The notes under the pieces were generated by a model. That model made no database searches and was not told the DNA's origin. It saw only the letters and a list, made by a program, of their open reading frames with translations. This document shows positions 1 through 10,016 of a DNA stretch of 64,000 bases, piece after piece; position 1 is the stretch's first letter, and the number at the start of each line of letters is the position of its first letter. Source of the DNA: a virus; UHGV virus genome UHGV-1455077, one strand, 5' to 3'. The position numbers and the translations under genes are program-made.

Positions 1-64
1 AACAGAATCCTGATTTTAATAAACATAAAACTGAAATTGAAAACTTTATGAAAGGAAAAAATTA

Positions 65-1219
65 ATGATTAAACAATTTGTGGGTATTTTTGGTCTTATT
101 GCTGTTGTCGTATTGGTTTGGCTATCTGGCTCGTTGTTTGAAACAAATAAATTTGGTAATTATCAGATTAAACAAGCCGCAATGACTGGTACAATTTCTG
201 TAAGAAATGAACCTGGTTTCTATTGGCAGGGTGGTGGTTCAATTGTAACGTATCCTGTATCAGAAGATGTTAATTTTGAAACAGAAAATTTGAAAGTAAG
301 ATTTAATGATGGTTCAGTTGCAAGTGTAGTTGGTACTGTAAAATTTAAGTTGCCAACTGACCCTGAAAAGCAGAAAGAATTGCATAGAGATTATGGAAAT
401 TATGATAATGTTGAAAAGAACTTGATTGTTCGTAATGTTAGTGAAGCTTTGTCTAATACTGCAACTTATATGGTAGCTGAAGATTCTTATGCATCAGGAC
501 GTGCTGTATTCTCTGATTTGGCAATGCAACAGTTGAAAGATGGTATTTTTAAGACATCAACTAAAACTGTTGAAGTAATTGATACTGATGGAACTAAATT
601 TAAAAAGAAAGAAATTAGAGTAGTTTATGATGAAAATGGTAATCCTGTAATTCAGAAACCTTCTTTGCTTAAACATTATGGTATTGAAATCTTGCAGTTT
701 GTTGTAAATGACTTTGAATATGATGAAAAAATTAAGGATTTGATTGCTCGTAAAAAAGATGCTGAACAGAATAAAGTTGTAGCTATGGCAAATGCTGAAA
801 AAGCAAAGCAGGATGCTATTACTGCCGAAGAACAAGGTAAAGCTCGTGTAGCAGAAGCTCGTGCTAATGCAGAAGTTGAAAAAATTACTGCGGTAGTTGA
901 AGCCCAGAAGAAAGCAGAAGTTGCAGAATTGGAAGCAAAACAGGCAAAATTTGAAGCCCAGAAAATTGCTGAAAAGGGTAAGGCTGAAGCAGAAGTTGCA
1001 CGGCAGAAGGTTGCCGCTGGTTTGACACCATTGGAAAAAGCAACTCTTGAAAAAGAAACAGCTATTGGTGTAGCACAGCAGTTGGCTAATGTTAAATTCC
1101 CAGACACTATGGTTATTAGTGGTGGTTCAGATGGAAAAGCTAATCCTTGGGATGCTGTTGGTTTGAATCAGATGATGGAAATTACAGCAAAAATTAAAAA
1201 CGCTAAAATGATTCAGTAA
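65..1219 (+). CDS. SPFH/band-7 (prohibitin/stomatin/HflK-like) membrane protein. N-terminal TM helix, C-terminal Ala/Glu/Lys-rich coiled coil
   Basis: N-terminal hydrophobic helix; central band-7-like region; long AEAKAKQ-type coiled-coil tail. GC content and codon use (CAG, GCC, CGG) are clearly higher than in the rest of the window. Confidence 0.5.
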   Translation: MIKQFVGIFGLIAVVVLVWLSGSLFETNKFGNYQIKQAAMTGTISVRNEPGFYWQGGGSIVTYPVSEDVNFETENLKVRFNDGSVASVVGTVKFKLPTDPEKQKELHRDYGNYDNVEKNLIVRNVSEALSNTATYMVAEDSYASGRAVFSDLAMQQLKDGIFKTSTKTVEVIDTDGTKFKKKEIRVVYDENGNPVIQKPSLLKHYGIEILQFVVNDFEYDEKIKDLIARKKDAEQNKVVAMANAEKAKQDAITAEEQGKARVAEARANAEVEKITAVVEAQKKAEVAELEAKQAKFEAQKIAEKGKAEAEVARQKVAAGLTPLEKATLEKETAIGVAQQLANVKFPDTMVISGGSDGKANPWDAVGLNQMMEITAKIKNAKMIQ

Positions 1220-1221
1220 TA

Positions 1222-1247
1222 AAAAGGTGGGAAAACCCACCTTTTTT
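1222..1247 (+). terminator. rho-independent terminator
   Basis: aaaGGTGGGaaaaCCCACCtttttt hairpin plus T-run directly after the stop codon. Confidence 0.7.
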
Positions 1248-1325
1248 ACAAATAAAATTTTAATATTTGATTTTAAGATAATAAAATGATAAATTCTTTA
1301 TGTAAAAAATATTAGGAGATTTTTA

Positions 1326-1562
1326 ATGACTGATGAAGATATTTACTACATATGGAATATATTAAAAGAATTTATTCAATCTAAAGATAGAGAAGAAGCA
1401 TCATTGGCAATGCTAGAATACGTTTATAATAATGATGGTTGCGTTGCTTCAATTAGAGATGCCGCTCAAGAAGAAGATGATGAATTTATAGTTAATTTAA
1501 TTGATAAACATCAAGAAGATTTATTAGATGCTTATGATGATGGATATGAGGAAGATTGGTAA
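1326..1562 (+). CDS. hypothetical acidic protein
   Basis: ORF with AGGAG-like RBS (ttaggagatttttaATG). Confidence 0.4.
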   Translation: MTDEDIYYIWNILKEFIQSKDREEASLAMLEYVYNNDGCVASIRDAAQEEDDEFIVNLIDKHQEDLLDAYDDGYEEDW

Positions 1563-2017
1563 TGCAATATTTTCAATTTATTAAAAAAGATGAAACAAAA
1601 TTAGAAGAAGTTTTAAATTATTTTAATGATGAATATGAATTAGCCCGTGAAGAAATTAAAATTAAAGGAAGATTAAATAAATGTATTGCAGAATTACCTT
1701 CCTTATTTGAAATTAGATTTTCTCAATTACAAGAATTAGAAGCAATTTTAGCTTATTTTAATAATAAATTAAATGGATTAAGAGGTTCAATTTATAGACA
1801 ATTACAAGAACATTCAAAAAGACAGTTAAATTCAACTGATATTAAACAATATGTTGATAGTGATGAAAAAGTTCTTGCAATGCAAACAATTATTAATGAA
1901 ATTGCATTAGTTAGAAATAAATTTATTTCATTGTCAAAAGGATTTGAAACTAAAAATTGGCAGTTAAGTAATTTAACAAAATTACAATGTGCAGGCTTAG
2001 ATGATATTCAAATTTAA
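1556..2017 (+). CDS. hypothetical protein
   Basis: ORF overlapping the upstream stop (ATGA-type junction). Confidence 0.4.
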   Translation: MVMQYFQFIKKDETKLEEVLNYFNDEYELAREEIKIKGRLNKCIAELPSLFEIRFSQLQELEAILAYFNNKLNGLRGSIYRQLQEHSKRQLNSTDIKQYVDSDEKVLAMQTIINEIALVRNKFISLSKGFETKNWQLSNLTKLQCAGLDDIQI

Positions 2018-2035
2018 CTAATTTTGTGAGGAATA

Positions 2036-2446
2036 ATGAAAGTTTATACAACTGTTAAAACACATCAAAATTTTAGTAATATTGGTGTTGTTTTGTTAAG
2101 TGATAAAAATGACATATATATGATGAATAATTTTCAAGTTTCTGAAAAAGATAATGTCAAATCTCATATTTATGGAATTAAAAGAGCATTGAGTTTTGTT
2201 AAAAATATGAAGCTTTTATATGCCAAAAATGATATGGAAATATTAATTCCAGAAGACATTGAATTAAAAAAATTTCAAGAAAGTATTGCAAATGATGAAT
2301 ATATTGTAATGGTTTCAAAACAATTAGATATTAATGTAGTATCAAAAGAAAATTTATTGCCTAATGATGATTACTTTAAAATGATTGCAAAACATCAATT
2401 AAAAAATATTATAAATCCTATTTTTAATATTAAAGAACGAGAGTAA
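2036..2446 (+). CDS. hypothetical protein
   Basis: ORF, RBS gaggaataATG. Confidence 0.4.
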   Translation: MKVYTTVKTHQNFSNIGVVLLSDKNDIYMMNNFQVSEKDNVKSHIYGIKRALSFVKNMKLLYAKNDMEILIPEDIELKKFQESIANDEYIVMVSKQLDINVVSKENLLPNDDYFKMIAKHQLKNIINPIFNIKERE

Positions 2447-2467
2447 ATAATTAAAAAGGATATTTTT

Positions 2468-2704
2468 ATGAATAAAGAACAAGCATATTTAAGTATTATT
2501 AATGCAACTATTCGAACATTGAATGAATGTATTCAAAGAATAGATTCTCACGTCAGAAATTATTCTCAAACTCATCCAGTTTCTTCTAAAGAAAGTGATG
2601 AACATATGAATTATGTTGAAAATGTTATTAAAGTTTTAACTCGTATTGCTAAAGTTGTTAGTTCAAGAGCAAATACTGTATATAAAGCAGGAAAATATGA
2701 TTAG
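2468..2704 (+). CDS. hypothetical protein
   Basis: ORF, RBS aaaggatatttttATG. Confidence 0.35.
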   Translation: MNKEQAYLSIINATIRTLNECIQRIDSHVRNYSQTHPVSSKESDEHMNYVENVIKVLTRIAKVVSSRANTVYKAGKYD

Positions 2705-2770
2705 ACTTAATAAATATTTAAAGATAATGAAATAAATTGTTATCTGTATAATTTATTTAAGGAGAAATTT

Positions 2771-3502
2771 ATGGGAAGACCTCTTGCTGGTTTTGGATTT
2801 TTTAATGCCGAAAAAAGATTTGATGCTGAAGCAGAAAACTTTGAAAAAGTTAAAATTCACGCATTTTTAGAACAAGATGCTGAACCTGCTGTATGGGTAA
2901 AAAATACTCAATATGAAGTTGGTGATAAAGTTAAAAATGGTTCAAAATATTATATTTGCACAACAGCTAATTCACAAGCAACATTTAAAGCAAAAGAAAC
3001 TGCTCCTGCCGCTTGGGTTGCCGCAACTGCATATAATGTTGGTGATAAAGTAACAAATAGTGGTTTATATTATATTTGTAAAACTGCTCATACTTCAAGT
3101 GATGACTTTGCAACTGATTCAGCAAATTGGGATTCATACACATTAATTACCTACTGGACAGAATATACTTTAGGTGGTGGTGCAATTGAAGATGCAAAAA
3201 TTATTAAACAAACAGGATATAACAAATATTTAGTATCTGCTTCTGCTGATGTAAATCGTCAAGGTATTGTTATGTTAGTTGATAAAACTGATGCAACTGT
3301 TGCTGGAACTGCTTATATTTCAGTAACTAAGTTAGCTGATTCATCAACTAAATATGCAAGTAAAATCGTTCGTAATGTTATTGAAACATTTGATGGTGAA
3401 GTTTTAACTTATCAATATGATTTAACCGAAGAAGATGGCGAATTTTCAGGTGCATTTAATAAAGATAAAACAGTTGTTGAATGTTATCCAGAAGTATTTT
3501 AA
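2771..3502 (+). CDS. protein with two tandem chitin/carbohydrate-binding (CBM5/12, ChtBD3-like) repeats
   Basis: Two repeats of form AxW..Y.VGDKV.N....YYIC.TA....W. Confidence 0.45.
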   Translation: MGRPLAGFGFFNAEKRFDAEAENFEKVKIHAFLEQDAEPAVWVKNTQYEVGDKVKNGSKYYICTTANSQATFKAKETAPAAWVAATAYNVGDKVTNSGLYYICKTAHTSSDDFATDSANWDSYTLITYWTEYTLGGGAIEDAKIIKQTGYNKYLVSASADVNRQGIVMLVDKTDATVAGTAYISVTKLADSSTKYASKIVRNVIETFDGEVLTYQYDLTEEDGEFSGAFNKDKTVVECYPEVF

Positions 3503-3577
3503 TTAATATTTGACATTTAATCTAATTAAACCTATCATTAATTTGATAGGTTTAATTTTTAATATAAGGAAAAAATA

Positions 3578-4081
3578 ATGACAGTTAGAGTTGGTAAATT
3601 TGAAAAAATTAGTTTAGAACAATGGCATAAAGATTTTGACAACGATTCATCTAAAATTGTTGATAAAATGTTAAATGAAATTATTAAAATTCCAACCAGA
3701 GCTACAAAAGGGTCGGCAGGTTATGATATTGTTACACCATTTGATATAGATTTGCAACCAGGTGAATCAAGAAAAATCCCGACAGGATTAAAATGTCAAG
3801 TAGATAATGGTTGGTTTCTTGGTATTTTTCCAAAATCTGGTCTTGGTTTTAAATATTCGTTAAGATTAGGTAATTCAGTTGGTATTATTGATGAAGATTA
3901 TCATAATAATGAAAACAATGAAGGTCATATTTGGGTTAAAATTCAAAATGATGGATATAAAGAAGTTCATATAGATGCTGGTAAGGCATTTTGTCAAGGT
4001 ATTTTTTTGCCATATGGTATTACTTATGATGATAAAACAGAAGGTGTTAGACAAGGCGGATTAGGTTCTACTAATTCATAA
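3578..4081 (+). CDS. dut: dUTP pyrophosphatase (dUTPase)
   Basis: All five dUTPase motifs present: SAGYDI, KSGLG, GIIDEDYHN and C-terminal RQGGLGSTN. Confidence 0.85.
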   Translation: MTVRVGKFEKISLEQWHKDFDNDSSKIVDKMLNEIIKIPTRATKGSAGYDIVTPFDIDLQPGESRKIPTGLKCQVDNGWFLGIFPKSGLGFKYSLRLGNSVGIIDEDYHNNENNEGHIWVKIQNDGYKEVHIDAGKAFCQGIFLPYGITYDDKTEGVRQGGLGSTNS

Positions 4082-4108
4082 AAAGAGGGTTTAATAACCC
4101 TCTTTTTT
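4082..4108. terminator. bidirectional rho-independent terminator
   Basis: aaaGAGGGTTtaataAACCCTCtttttt, between convergent genes. Confidence 0.65.
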
Positions 4109-4508
4109 AATATCCACAAGTGTACCATCTTCTTATATTTAAACCGTTACCAGAATAGAAATGAATTACAAATGAAGAATTAGTTACACTTACTATTGTT
4201 GCAGGAATATGCCAACCTGTAACAGTTTGTGACCAAGCACCATTAAATCCAGTTGTTTGAGTTATAAAATAATCAGAATTTGTATAAGGTTTGTGTAATT
4301 GAATTGTAATTTCAGAATCAACTGCATTATAAGATTGTCCACCTTGTTCAATCCAGCCATCTGACCAAACACGATACCATTCAGTTCCTTCATTCCAAGT
4401 TTCAATGATATATTTTCTATTTTCTAAATTAATTAATCGGTTATTTATTTCATCTAATTTTGAAATTAATTCATCTACTCGTGATATAGGTAATTTACTT
4501 GTATCCAT
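4107..4508 (-). CDS. small tail-fibre-associated protein (family A). N-terminal coiled coil plus conserved C-terminal YRVWSDGWIEQGG...GY module
   Basis: Paralog of 36700-37101(-) and 56166-56570(+). The C-terminal module is shared with the fibre proteins at 60.5-64 kb. Confidence 0.5.
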   Translation of the reverse strand: MDTSKLPISRVDELISKLDEINNRLINLENRKYIIETWNEGTEWYRVWSDGWIEQGGQSYNAVDSEITIQLHKPYTNSDYFITQTTGFNGAWSQTVTGWHIPATIVSVTNSSFVIHFYSGNGLNIRRWYTCGY

Positions 4509-4521
4509 TTGAATTATCCCC

Positions 4522-4550
4522 TTTGTCTGTATTTATTAAATACAGACAAA
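4522..4550. promoter_or_regulatory. palindrome TTTGTCTGTATTTATTAAATACAGACAAA immediately upstream of the RBS of 4107-4508(-)
   Basis: Perfect dyad with TATTTATTAAATA core. Same architecture with different arms at 37115, 37687, 56128 and 59974. Confidence 0.5.
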
Positions 4551-4607
4551 CTTTATAAAGAAAAAATTATACAATAAATATTATTATATTGATAGGAGAA
4601 TATACTA

Positions 4608-5126
4608 ATGTTTAATGAAATAGTTACTCAATATGGTTCATCTGAACCTATTAAATCCTCTGTAACAACTTCTGAAAGTTCGGATAAAAAAATTGTTATT
4701 TCTTTTCCTTTATTGATGAGAATTATGGAGTGGTGTCACGAAGATGCTAAAGATGATGTTGAAATGCACAAAGTAATGGAAAAATTAATAGCATTTAATG
4801 ATGGTATGAATCCATTAACTATTGATGTTTATGATTGCTTAATTGCAGATGTATCAGAAAATAATTGTCAAGATATGGTAGAACCTATGCAAACAGGTTG
4901 TTTTTCTGAATATGATATGACTGATGCCGTTAGTGCTGTAAAAAAATCATATGATGAAATGATACCTTTAGATACCAAATCTTTTTCTTGGGAAAAAGGT
5001 TTAGATGATAATTCTACAACAATTACATTAAATGGTGATGAAGAATGTTCTTCTGAACAACCACAAGAAGTTGATGCAGAATTAGAAGAAGAAATTCAAA
5101 ATTTAATTAATTTAAGTAAATTATAA
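4608..5126 (+). CDS. hypothetical acidic protein
   Basis: ORF, RBS ataggagaatatactaATG. Confidence 0.4.
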   Translation: MFNEIVTQYGSSEPIKSSVTTSESSDKKIVISFPLLMRIMEWCHEDAKDDVEMHKVMEKLIAFNDGMNPLTIDVYDCLIADVSENNCQDMVEPMQTGCFSEYDMTDAVSAVKKSYDEMIPLDTKSFSWEKGLDDNSTTITLNGDEECSSEQPQEVDAELEEEIQNLINLSKL

Positions 5127-5138
5127 TTAGGAATATTA

Positions 5139-7877
5139 ATGGCAATTAATTGGATAACACCTCAAGGAATATTAATAAATGATTATGAAGAAACACCTGT
5201 AAATAATTTATTCATACAGGTTGAGCCAACTAATGCAATTATTGAAAAAATTGCTGGGGAATATCCAATGAATATGGATTTAAACTACGTTGAACCAGGA
5301 AAATATCAATTAGTCAGTTCAACAGGCAAATTACCAATTGTAAATGAAGAAACAAATTATTATTTCACATTAAGAGCATCTGTTGATGATGAATATTCTG
5401 ACAGATGGTTTGGAATAACAATTTTAAATAAAACAACCGATTGGAATATGCCTGAAACGGCATTTGAATATTCTGAAACATCATACGTTTCATTACAATT
5501 AAAATTATTAAATGCTCAAGGTAATGAAGAATTTTTTAAAATATCTGGTGAATTGCCACCAAATTTATTAATTAATAAAACTGGTTTAATTTATGGAATT
5601 GTAAATGAACAAGAAAAAGAAAAAACATTTTATTTTACAATTGGGGTTAGAAGAAATGATGAAGTTATTTTAACAAAAGATTTTAGTATAAAAGTTGTAA
5701 AATTATCTTCATTAAATGAACCAATATGGATTACTGAAGCAGGTTTTTTAGGTGTATTAAATTATGATGAAGTTTCAACATTATTTGTAAAAGCATATGA
5801 CCCTAATAATTTGCCAATTACCTATACATTATCAACATCAGGAAATGATAATTTACCACCAGGTTTAACATTAGATACAAATACTGGAAAAATTAATGGT
5901 CGTTTGTCAACAAGATATACTGATACTTGGAATTTTTCTGTTAATGTAAACAATGGAGAATATACAGTTTCCAGAGATTTTTATATTAATACAAATGTGA
6001 TTTCTGAAAATAATAAAATTGAATGGGTTTCTGAATCATTATTAGGAAATATTGCAATTGGTAATAACGTTTATATACAATTAGAAACTAATTCTAAAAA
6101 AACAGTTAATTATACTATTGTAAGTGGTCAATTACCAGATGGATTAACATTTTCTTCAACTGGTTCAATAAACGGCGTATTATCATATCAAGATATTAAA
6201 TCATATTCATTTATTGTTGAAGCATCAAATGGTTCAAATGTTATTCAAAAAGAATTTACTATTAATGTAGTTAAAGGCTTAGGTCAAAATGCATTAAAAT
6301 GCTTTTATTATATTAATAATGAATATATGGTTGAATATAATGAAATGAAAAATTCTTTTGATGTTGAAACAGCTTATCAACCATTAAATATTAAATATGA
6401 TATTGCTACAAAACCTCGTATTGATATTTGTACTTTGAATTGTTTTGATAAAATTTTATTAAAACATTTATTAAACTTTAATACAACTGATACTTATCAT
6501 TGGAAAAGAACAGTAAAACAAAATTTTAATAATGAATATTCTGTATATTATAAAGAATTACAAGAAGATAATAGCGATTCTAATACATATCATATTGCTG
6601 GAAATAAAACATTTATTAAACCATCAGAAACTTCACCAACAGGTTGGGTTACAGAATATAATGATACACCAATTCAACCAAATGATACTTTAGGAAATGA
6701 TTGGATTGATGGAAAAACATATTATATTAACTCATTTAATGAAAAAATTTATATAGAATACTTAAATGATTCTATGTATTATGAAACTGAATCATTAAAA
6801 ATTGTACCAAGTGGAACACCAATTTTTAAAGAACAAGTATTATTTCAAAATGAATTAATAGAATATCTTTATATATTAAAAGATGGTGTAAAATATTTTG
6901 TTACTAATGCGGCTGATAATCAATTGTTAAATGTAGAAACACAAACTGTTTTAGCGGATACCCGTGAAAATATTGAACCATTAAAAGATGAAAAAACTCG
7001 TAGATGGTTCTTTATTCCAAATAGTTCATTAAGTATTGTACCAGCATCAGTATCTGGAATTCGAGATATATTGAATACTCAAATATTTGTTGAAAAAAAT
7101 AATAATGAAAATGTTGTATATGATGTTGCAACTCAAGTTATTATTGATGGAATTGATACAAGTAAGAAATTCATTATTAAATGGGATGAAAAAAGAAAAA
7201 CATATTATACTGAATTTAATGGGGAAGAAGTATATTTAGATGTTTATGCAATTCTTGATACCGACCCAACAAAAACTCCAATTCAAGTTGAAGGTTTTAT
7301 CAATGGAACAAATTATCAATTAGTTCGTGTATGGCAACAATTTAATAATACAGATGTTGATTATTTAAATTATTTAATATATGAAAAAGGAACTAATAAA
7401 TTAGAAGAAAATATAATTTTTGAATTAGATTGGAATCGTGGTAATGAGTTTGTGATTCAAAATGGTGTTGTTCATTTTATTAGTTACATAGATAATCCTT
7501 GGATGTATAAACCTGAATTAAATGAATCTGTTGGTTATGGAGAAGAAATCGTATTACCTTATATTTTAGATTATGATGTAAGAGATATTGATAGTAAACC
7601 GTATATATATTTCTTTGATAAAGCCAACGAGTCATTAATTGAATGGAAAGAAAGATATTTTCCAACTCTTGATTTATTTTATTCAAATCTTAATACAAAT
7701 GTGGTATCATTATCTGAATTAAATCAAAAAGAAAGAAAAGGTGAATATTGGACTGGTAAAAAATTTGTATTTTTTGAAGTAACATTTGAACCAATTTATA
7801 ATAAAAATATTGACATATTTGGGATTCAATTTTATAATCATAATCAACCTAATTCACCAGAATTTCAATTAATTTAG
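5139..7877 (+). CDS. large structural protein with repeated putative Ig-like (He_PIG-type) domains
   Basis: 912 aa. Repeats LPPGLTLDTNTGKINGRL, GQLPDGLTFSSTGSINGVL and GELPPNLLINKTGLIYGIV. Confidence 0.5.
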   Translation: MAINWITPQGILINDYEETPVNNLFIQVEPTNAIIEKIAGEYPMNMDLNYVEPGKYQLVSSTGKLPIVNEETNYYFTLRASVDDEYSDRWFGITILNKTTDWNMPETAFEYSETSYVSLQLKLLNAQGNEEFFKISGELPPNLLINKTGLIYGIVNEQEKEKTFYFTIGVRRNDEVILTKDFSIKVVKLSSLNEPIWITEAGFLGVLNYDEVSTLFVKAYDPNNLPITYTLSTSGNDNLPPGLTLDTNTGKINGRLSTRYTDTWNFSVNVNNGEYTVSRDFYINTNVISENNKIEWVSESLLGNIAIGNNVYIQLETNSKKTVNYTIVSGQLPDGLTFSSTGSINGVLSYQDIKSYSFIVEASNGSNVIQKEFTINVVKGLGQNALKCFYYINNEYMVEYNEMKNSFDVETAYQPLNIKYDIATKPRIDICTLNCFDKILLKHLLNFNTTDTYHWKRTVKQNFNNEYSVYYKELQEDNSDSNTYHIAGNKTFIKPSETSPTGWVTEYNDTPIQPNDTLGNDWIDGKTYYINSFNEKIYIEYLNDSMYYETESLKIVPSGTPIFKEQVLFQNELIEYLYILKDGVKYFVTNAADNQLLNVETQTVLADTRENIEPLKDEKTRRWFFIPNSSLSIVPASVSGIRDILNTQIFVEKNNNENVVYDVATQVIIDGIDTSKKFIIKWDEKRKTYYTEFNGEEVYLDVYAILDTDPTKTPIQVEGFINGTNYQLVRVWQQFNNTDVDYLNYLIYEKGTNKLEENIIFELDWNRGNEFVIQNGVVHFISYIDNPWMYKPELNESVGYGEEIVLPYILDYDVRDIDSKPYIYFFDKANESLIEWKERYFPTLDLFYSNLNTNVVSLSELNQKERKGEYWTGKKFVFFEVTFEPIYNKNIDIFGIQFYNHNQPNSPEFQLI

Positions 7878-7886
7878 GAGAATGAA

Positions 7887-8159
7887 ATGCCTATGATTTT
7901 TTTTGAAGCTGATAAATTGAAAGATTTATCAAACATTGACCTTATACATAAACAACAAGAAATAGAAGAAAAACTATCTAATATTAAAAAGAATTTAATT
8001 TCACCTGATATTTTAGCATCTATGAATATGATGAATGAATATTATAATAATGAAATTGAAAGAAGAATTATTTCTGGTGATTTAGATATGGATGAAATTG
8101 AGGAAATTGAAGAAGAAAACTTTTTTAAGAATTTAAATAATGGAAAATCAAGTAATTAA
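7887..8159 (+). CDS. hypothetical protein
   Basis: ORF, RBS aggagaatgaaATG. Confidence 0.35.
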   Translation: MPMIFFEADKLKDLSNIDLIHKQQEIEEKLSNIKKNLISPDILASMNMMNEYYNNEIERRIISGDLDMDEIEEIEEENFFKNLNNGKSSN

Positions 8160-8670
8160 TTTAGGAAATAGAATTATTGATACTGATGGTAATGTTGTCT
8201 ATTGTATAGACGCATTGATTGAATTATTATACAATGGAGAAATACCTTCGGAAATATTATTTCCATATAATAATGAGGATGTTTTATTATTTAATAAATT
8301 TTCATATGAAAACTTTGATGATATTTTATATAAATTGCCTGAAAAATTATTAACAACAAAAGAAAGACAAAACGATTGGTTTTTTCCTGATTATTATAAA
8401 GAAATTAATTTAGAAGATTATTTCTTAAATTTATGTCAAACGGATATTGAAAAACAAAGAGTTATTGAAGAAACAAAATTATATAATGAAAAAGGATTTG
8501 ATAATTTTTTAAGATTTTGTATATTCTTTTCTGATAAAATTAAAGAAAATAATTGGGTAATTGGCGTTGGCAGAGGTTCATCTTGTGCATCATATCTATT
8601 GTATTTGCTAAAAATACATTTAGTTGATTCTATAAAATATAATTTAGATATTAAAGAATTTTTAAAATAA
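8140..8670 (+). CDS. hypothetical protein
   Basis: ORF. Confidence 0.4.
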   Translation: MENQVINLGNRIIDTDGNVVYCIDALIELLYNGEIPSEILFPYNNEDVLLFNKFSYENFDDILYKLPEKLLTTKERQNDWFFPDYYKEINLEDYFLNLCQTDIEKQRVIEETKLYNEKGFDNFLRFCIFFSDKIKENNWVIGVGRGSSCASYLLYLLKIHLVDSIKYNLDIKEFLK

Positions 8671-8685
8671 TCAGGGAGAGAATAA

Positions 8686-9057
8686 ATGGATAAAGAATTT
8701 TTAAATAATTTATTTCTATGGCTTCAAGAACTTTACAATAATACAACAGGCGGACAATTTGGTGAATATGATGAAATAGAAACATATGGTGATGTAAATG
8801 AAAATGGCTATCCTGAAATAATTAAAATTGAAAAACGCCCAATAGAAGAATTATATGAAATTGTTGATAAGCCAGAAGGAACAAAACAAGAATTTGAGGA
8901 TGAATGTTATGATGATATTCCAACAGCTTATAAATTTTTAACTTATGAGTATTGCGACCAATGGAGAAATGGTGGTTATTCAGGAGATGATTATGCTGGA
9001 CATATGTATTACCCATTGCCAGATGGTAAATTTATGAAAGTTTATTATTCCTGCTAA
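8686..9057 (+). CDS. hypothetical acidic protein
   Basis: ORF, RBS agggagagaataaATG. Confidence 0.4.
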   Translation: MDKEFLNNLFLWLQELYNNTTGGQFGEYDEIETYGDVNENGYPEIIKIEKRPIEELYEIVDKPEGTKQEFEDECYDDIPTAYKFLTYEYCDQWRNGGYSGDDYAGHMYYPLPDGKFMKVYYSC

Positions 9058-9075
9058 TTTTTTTTATTTTTCCTA

Positions 9076-9104
9076 TTGACAAGTAATTTTTATATGTTAT
9101 ATTA
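9076..9104 (+). promoter_or_regulatory. sigma70-like promoter (TTGACA-16-TATATT). Part of a 78-bp promoter-leader cassette that recurs identically at 29057-29135
   Basis: Exact copy of the sequence at 29057-29135, including leader, RBS and ATG. Confidence 0.55.
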
Positions 9105-9138
9105 ACCTTATCAAAAACAACAATGAAAGGTTAATAAG

Positions 9139-9597
9139 ATGACATTATACATTAACAAAGCACTTTACACCGATGTTCAATCTTGGAAAGTTATTGAATT
9201 GGATGAAGAAAAAGGTGAAGCAACTGTTATTGAAGTTGAAAAAAAGCCTGAAAATTTGAATTATGAGCTTGGTGGTTTTGTAGCTCATTTTAGCAATCTT
9301 AATGAAGCTTTTAGAAATGCTCCTATTGTTGAAGTTAAAAATGCCAAACCTTTTAAATTGTATCGCAGAAAAAATGGTTGGTTTAAAAAACAAAATGTTG
9401 GTTATTCTCTTGACAAAAGGATTGTTGATTTAAATAATCTTAAAAAAGAACCAAATACAACTATTGTTGTTGATGAATTTTCAGTTCATTTTTTGAAAAC
9501 AACAAAAACAGGTAAACTTAAAGAAACATTCACAAAATTTTGTGATTTAAATGCAATGTCTGAAAATTGCAATTACTTTTACGACTACAATTTTTAG
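9139..9597 (+). CDS. hypothetical protein
   Basis: ORF driven by the duplicated promoter-leader cassette. Confidence 0.4.
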   Translation: MTLYINKALYTDVQSWKVIELDEEKGEATVIEVEKKPENLNYELGGFVAHFSNLNEAFRNAPIVEVKNAKPFKLYRRKNGWFKKQNVGYSLDKRIVDLNNLKKEPNTTIVVDEFSVHFLKTTKTGKLKETFTKFCDLNAMSENCNYFYDYNF

Positions 9598-9611
9598 TAA
9601 GGATAAAAACA

Positions 9612-10016
9612 ATGCCATTGACCGATGATATTTTGGAAATATTAAAAGACCAACTGCAAAAAACAAATGATAACATTGCAGTTCTTGAAAAAAAGAAATT
9701 TGAAATTCAAGAAGGAATTCAAAAATATATTCTCCAAGCAAAATTATATGAAACAGATTTCGTACCATATAAAGGTCAATGGCTTGATGAAATTACTTTA
9801 ATTATTGAAGATAATTCTGGTATTCATCATATACATTATGATGGTGCATCTGTTGATAATAATGCTCATATTTCAGCATATCATACTGGAGAATTTAGTC
9901 ATTGGGGATATAGTTGGAGTGATAAAGACCAATCTTATGTATATGATACCTGCTTTGATAATACAAAATTCCCCGTTAAAATAATTGGTTTTTATGATGT
10001 TAAAATGGATGAATAA
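9612..10016 (+). CDS. hypothetical protein. Start moved to MPLTDD, which has an RBS
   Basis: ORF; aaggataaaaacaATG. Confidence 0.4.
   Translation: MPLTDDILEILKDQLQKTNDNIAVLEKKKFEIQEGIQKYILQAKLYETDFVPYKGQWLDEITLIIEDNSGIHHIHYDGASVDNNAHISAYHTGEFSHWGYSWSDKDQSYVYDTCFDNTKFPVKIIGFYDVKMDE

Noticed and set aside
557-1107. Antisense ORFs 557-835(-) and 676-1107(-) inside the SPFH gene
   Set aside because: Entirely contained in a larger, better-supported plus-strand gene. The low-complexity Ala/Ser/Phe composition is typical of the reverse frame of an Ala/Glu/Lys-rich coiled-coil.
7480-9768. Short minus-strand ORFs 7480-7686, 8822-9016, 9145-9393 and 9547-9768
   Set aside because: Each overlaps a plus-strand gene in a uniformly plus-strand block. 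None has an RBS. They are AT-rich reverse-frame artefacts.
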